In this document: positions 61,497-64,000 of the stretch, piece by piece
How the letters are laid out: each line of letters starts with the position of its first letter
Position numbering within the stretch: the stretch's first letter is position 1
Origin: Myxococcota bacterium
Lineage (GTDB): Bacteria; Myxococcota_A; UBA9042; PHBI01; JAWLBL01
Reading direction: 5' to 3'
Length of the DNA: 64,000 nt
Assembly (NCBI GenBank): GCA_041687695.1
Contig: JAWLBL010000018.1
Coordinates: 64,001-128,000, forward strand
Notes under the pieces: generated by a model
Told to the model about the DNA's origin: nothing
Databases searched by the model: none
Seen by the model: only the letters and a program-made list of their open reading frames with translations
Translations under genes and position numbers: made by a program

Positions 61497-63419
61497 TTAT
61501 GAACCCATCGGTCGCGGGGATGATGCCTGCCCGGCCGCGGGGCTGTCGAGCGCGGTCTGCAGGGCCGGCTCGAACGGTCGGCTGGCCCGGGCGGGGCGCG
61601 TGTGCAGGCCGGGGCTGGGGTCGAGGCCGGGCGCGGCGTCGGCGGCGGCCTCGGGGAGATCGACGATGAAGCGCGTGCCCTCGCCCGGCGGGCCGTCCGC
61701 CTGGCTGCTGACCTCAATCGTCCCGCCGTGCTCGGTCACGATGCGGTAGACGGTGGCGAGGCCCAGGCCGGTGCCGCCGGTCTTGGTGGTGAAGAAGGGC
61801 TCGAAGACGCTCTGGAGCGCCTCGCGCGGGATGCCGCAGCCGGTGTCGGCGACCTCGAGGCGGAGCTGGCGCGCGTGCGCGGGGCCGGTCGTGGTCAGGC
61901 GGACCTCGAGGCGGCGCGGGGCGTGACCCGCGGGCATGGCCTCGACGGCGTTGGCGAGCAGGTTCCAGACGACCTGCTTGAGGGCGCTGGGATCGGCCAC
62001 GACGTAGGCGGGCGAGGCGAGGTCGACCTGGATGTCGACGCCGATCGCGCGCTCGTCGAAGCGCAGCATGCGGACGGCCTCGTCGACGATGACGGCCAGA
62101 TCGATGCGCAGCTGGTCGCCGCGGCGGGGCCGGGCGTAGGTGAGGAAGTCGGTGATCCAGCGGTTGAGGGCGTCGGCCTCGCGCGAGACGATGTTCATCA
62201 GGCGGCGCTCGTCATCCTGGAGCTCCAGCGAGGCCCCGAGCATCTGGATGGAGCCGCTGATTGCGGCGAGCGGGTTTCTGACGTCGTGGGCGATCGAGGC
62301 GGCGAGCTTGCCGAGCCCCGCCAAGGACTCGGCGCGCCGGACCTTCTCCTCCATCTCGCGGACGCGGCTGACGTCGTTGACGACCAACAGGTAGCCGCCG
62401 GGCGTGTCGTCGGGCGAGGCGTCCGGGTCGGCGTCCTTGGCCTCGGCGAGCGGCGAGATGGACCACTGGACGTGGCGGCGTTGGCCCTGCGGGTCGTACA
62501 GCGGCTTTTCGAAGACGGTGCCCAGGGCCTCGGGGGCGAGATCGAGCGGCCGCAGGTAGGGGAAGGAGACGCCGACGTCCTGGCCGCGGACCTCGGCGAA
62601 GGCGCGGCCGAGCAGGGCCTCGCCGATGCCGTTGATGAAGGTGACGCGGCCGAGGTGGTCGAGCGTGACCAGGCCCGAGGGGATGGAGGCGACGATGCTC
62701 TCGTGCAGGGCGCGGAGGTCCTCGAGCTGGCCGCGTTCGGCGGCGAGCTGGCGGTCGGTGCGGCGGAGCTTCTCGGACAGCTGCGAGGCGAGCAGGGCGA
62801 TGGCGTAGAAGGCGAAGATGTTGTTGATGAGGCTGTAGGCGAGGCCGCCGAGGCGGCTGGCGTCGTCGACCTGGGCGAGCGGGCGGATGGGGGCGACGCC
62901 CTCGCGGCGCATGGCCTTGACGGGGGCGACCTCGGCGACGCCGAACTCGCCCAGGCCGATGAGCAGGAAGAGGACGGCGCAGCTGGTGGCCGTGAACAGG
63001 GCGCCGGGGCGATACAGGAGGATCGCCGCGTTCACGATGGTCAGCGAGAAGATGAAGGTGAAGGCGCTGCTGGTGCCGCCGGTCAGGACGACCAGGGTGG
63101 CGGCGAAGAGCGTGTCACCGAGCAGCTCGACGTAGGCGAGGCGGCGCAGGTGGTCTTCGGTGCGGATGAAGCGCAGCGCGACCGCGTAGGCCACGCTGAG
63201 CAGGCACATCACGCCGGCGACCGCGTACAGGATGAGGGTCGTCGAGCTGAGGGCGAGGCCCGGCAGATCGGGGGCGGCCGGAGGGCCGTACAGGGCCGTG
63301 GCGCCCGTGAGGAACGCCACGACCACCATCCGGAACAGGCTGAGCCATCGCAGCTTCTGCCGGAGGTCGCTCTCGCGCGCCGGCTGGACCTTGGAGGCGT
63401 CGGCTGGGGTGGCGGTCAA
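61497..63419 (-). CDS. pilS: Sensor histidine kinase PilS
   Basis: Multi-TM N-terminus (LRWLSLFR, TGGTSS.F), PAS, H-box AHDVRNPL, NLLANA, DTGCG, FEPFFTTK, GTGLGL. Lies between pilC and pilR. Confidence 0.88.
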   Translation of the reverse strand: MTATPADASKVQPARESDLRQKLRWLSLFRMVVVAFLTGATALYGPPAAPDLPGLALSSTTLILYAVAGVMCLLSVAYAVALRFIRTEDHLRRLAYVELLGDTLFAATLVVLTGGTSSAFTFIFSLTIVNAAILLYRPGALFTATSCAVLFLLIGLGEFGVAEVAPVKAMRREGVAPIRPLAQVDDASRLGGLAYSLINNIFAFYAIALLASQLSEKLRRTDRQLAAERGQLEDLRALHESIVASIPSGLVTLDHLGRVTFINGIGEALLGRAFAEVRGQDVGVSFPYLRPLDLAPEALGTVFEKPLYDPQGQRRHVQWSISPLAEAKDADPDASPDDTPGGYLLVVNDVSRVREMEEKVRRAESLAGLGKLAASIAHDVRNPLAAISGSIQMLGASLELQDDERRLMNIVSREADALNRWITDFLTYARPRRGDQLRIDLAVIVDEAVRMLRFDERAIGVDIQVDLASPAYVVADPSALKQVVWNLLANAVEAMPAGHAPRRLEVRLTTTGPAHARQLRLEVADTGCGIPREALQSVFEPFFTTKTGGTGLGLATVYRIVTEHGGTIEVSSQADGPPGEGTRFIVDLPEAAADAAPGLDPSPGLHTRPARASRPFEPALQTALDSPAAGQASSPRPMGS

Positions 63420-63427
63420 CGAACCTA

Positions 63428-64000
63428 TCAGCTCACGCTGTCGGCCATGCTGAAGATCGGCATGTACATCGACAGGAGCACCACGCCGATGATGCCGCCG
63501 AGGACCACCATGATGAGCGGCTCGATGAGCGAGGTGATGCCGTCGACGGCGGCGTCCACCTCGTCCTCGTAGAAGTCGGCGATCTTGCCGAGCATGACGT
63601 CCATGGCGCCGGTCGACTCGCCGACCGCGACCATCTGCACGACCATCTTCGGGAAGACGTTCTGCTCGAGCAGGGGGCCCGCGACCGACTTGCCTTCCGA
63701 GATCTTGTCGCGGGTGTACATGATGGCCCGCTCGATGACCCGGTTGCCTGCGGTCTTGGCGACGATCTCGAGGCTGTCGAGGATGGGCACGCCCGAGGAG
63801 AGGAGGGTGCCGAGCGTCCGGGTGAACTTGGCGACCGCGGCCTTCTTGAGCAGCGTGCCGAAGATGGGGAGCTTGAGCAGGAACGTGTCCCAGTACCAGC
63901 CGCCCTTGTCGGTCTTGATGGTGTAGCCGAAGGCGAAGGCGAAGGCGATGAGGCCGACGATGAGGGTCGGCAGGTTGGCGATGGTCCAGTCGGAGATGGC
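63428..64000 (-). CDS. pilC: Type IV pilus platform protein PilC / GspF (5' part outside window)
   Basis: AKFTRTLGTLLSSGVPILDSL, FP.MVVQM..VGE.TG, KIADFYEDEVD, SLIEP, MYMPIF. Confidence 0.93.
   Translation of the reverse strand, partial: AISDWTIANLPTLIVGLIAFAFAFGYTIKTDKGGWYWDTFLLKLPIFGTLLKKAAVAKFTRTLGTLLSSGVPILDSLEIVAKTAGNRVIERAIMYTRDKISEGKSVAGPLLEQNVFPKMVVQMVAVGESTGAMDVMLGKIADFYEDEVDAAVDGITSLIEPLIMVVLGGIIGVVLLSMYMPIFSMADSVS

Overview
Very GC-rich bacterial chromosome segment, most likely from a Myxococcota/deltaproteobacterial genome (MYXO-CTERM-like protein, Myxococcus-type pil locus, eukaryotic-like Ser/Thr kinase). It is probably origin-proximal, since it carries parAB, three parS sites, mnmE and rsmG. 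From left to right: an operon of large surface beta-propeller/IPT proteins; a LysR with a divergent MDR oxidoreductase; rhodanese-MoeB; a degenerate HisC-like protein fused to a lipoprotein-like tail; a perfect 36-bp-arm palindrome; mnmE; an orphan GspE/PilB ATPase; a Septu-like ABC-ATPase + HNH pair running into a 42-43-bp double-hairpin tandem array; an alanine/glycine symporter with a large lipoprotein-like N-terminal extension; vapBC; a long minus-strand run (TldD, PP2C, kinase, GDPD, TPR, rsmG); parS x3 and parAB. Next comes the most unusual module: a tandem-AAA+ ATPase of the eCIS-associated (Afp15/Pvc15-like) type coupled to a ~2660-aa protein with a DUF4157-like HExxH domain, five 'DWAVTD' helical repeats and a very long beta-rich region with coiled-coil inserts. 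The window ends with duplicated membrane HEAT-like genes, a lower-GC TIGR04255 three-gene islet, and a pilC-pilS-pilR-pilG...pilH-pilI locus that has no pilA after pilR and carries two NDP-sugar enzymes. All calls come from motif recognition by eye; no searches were run.
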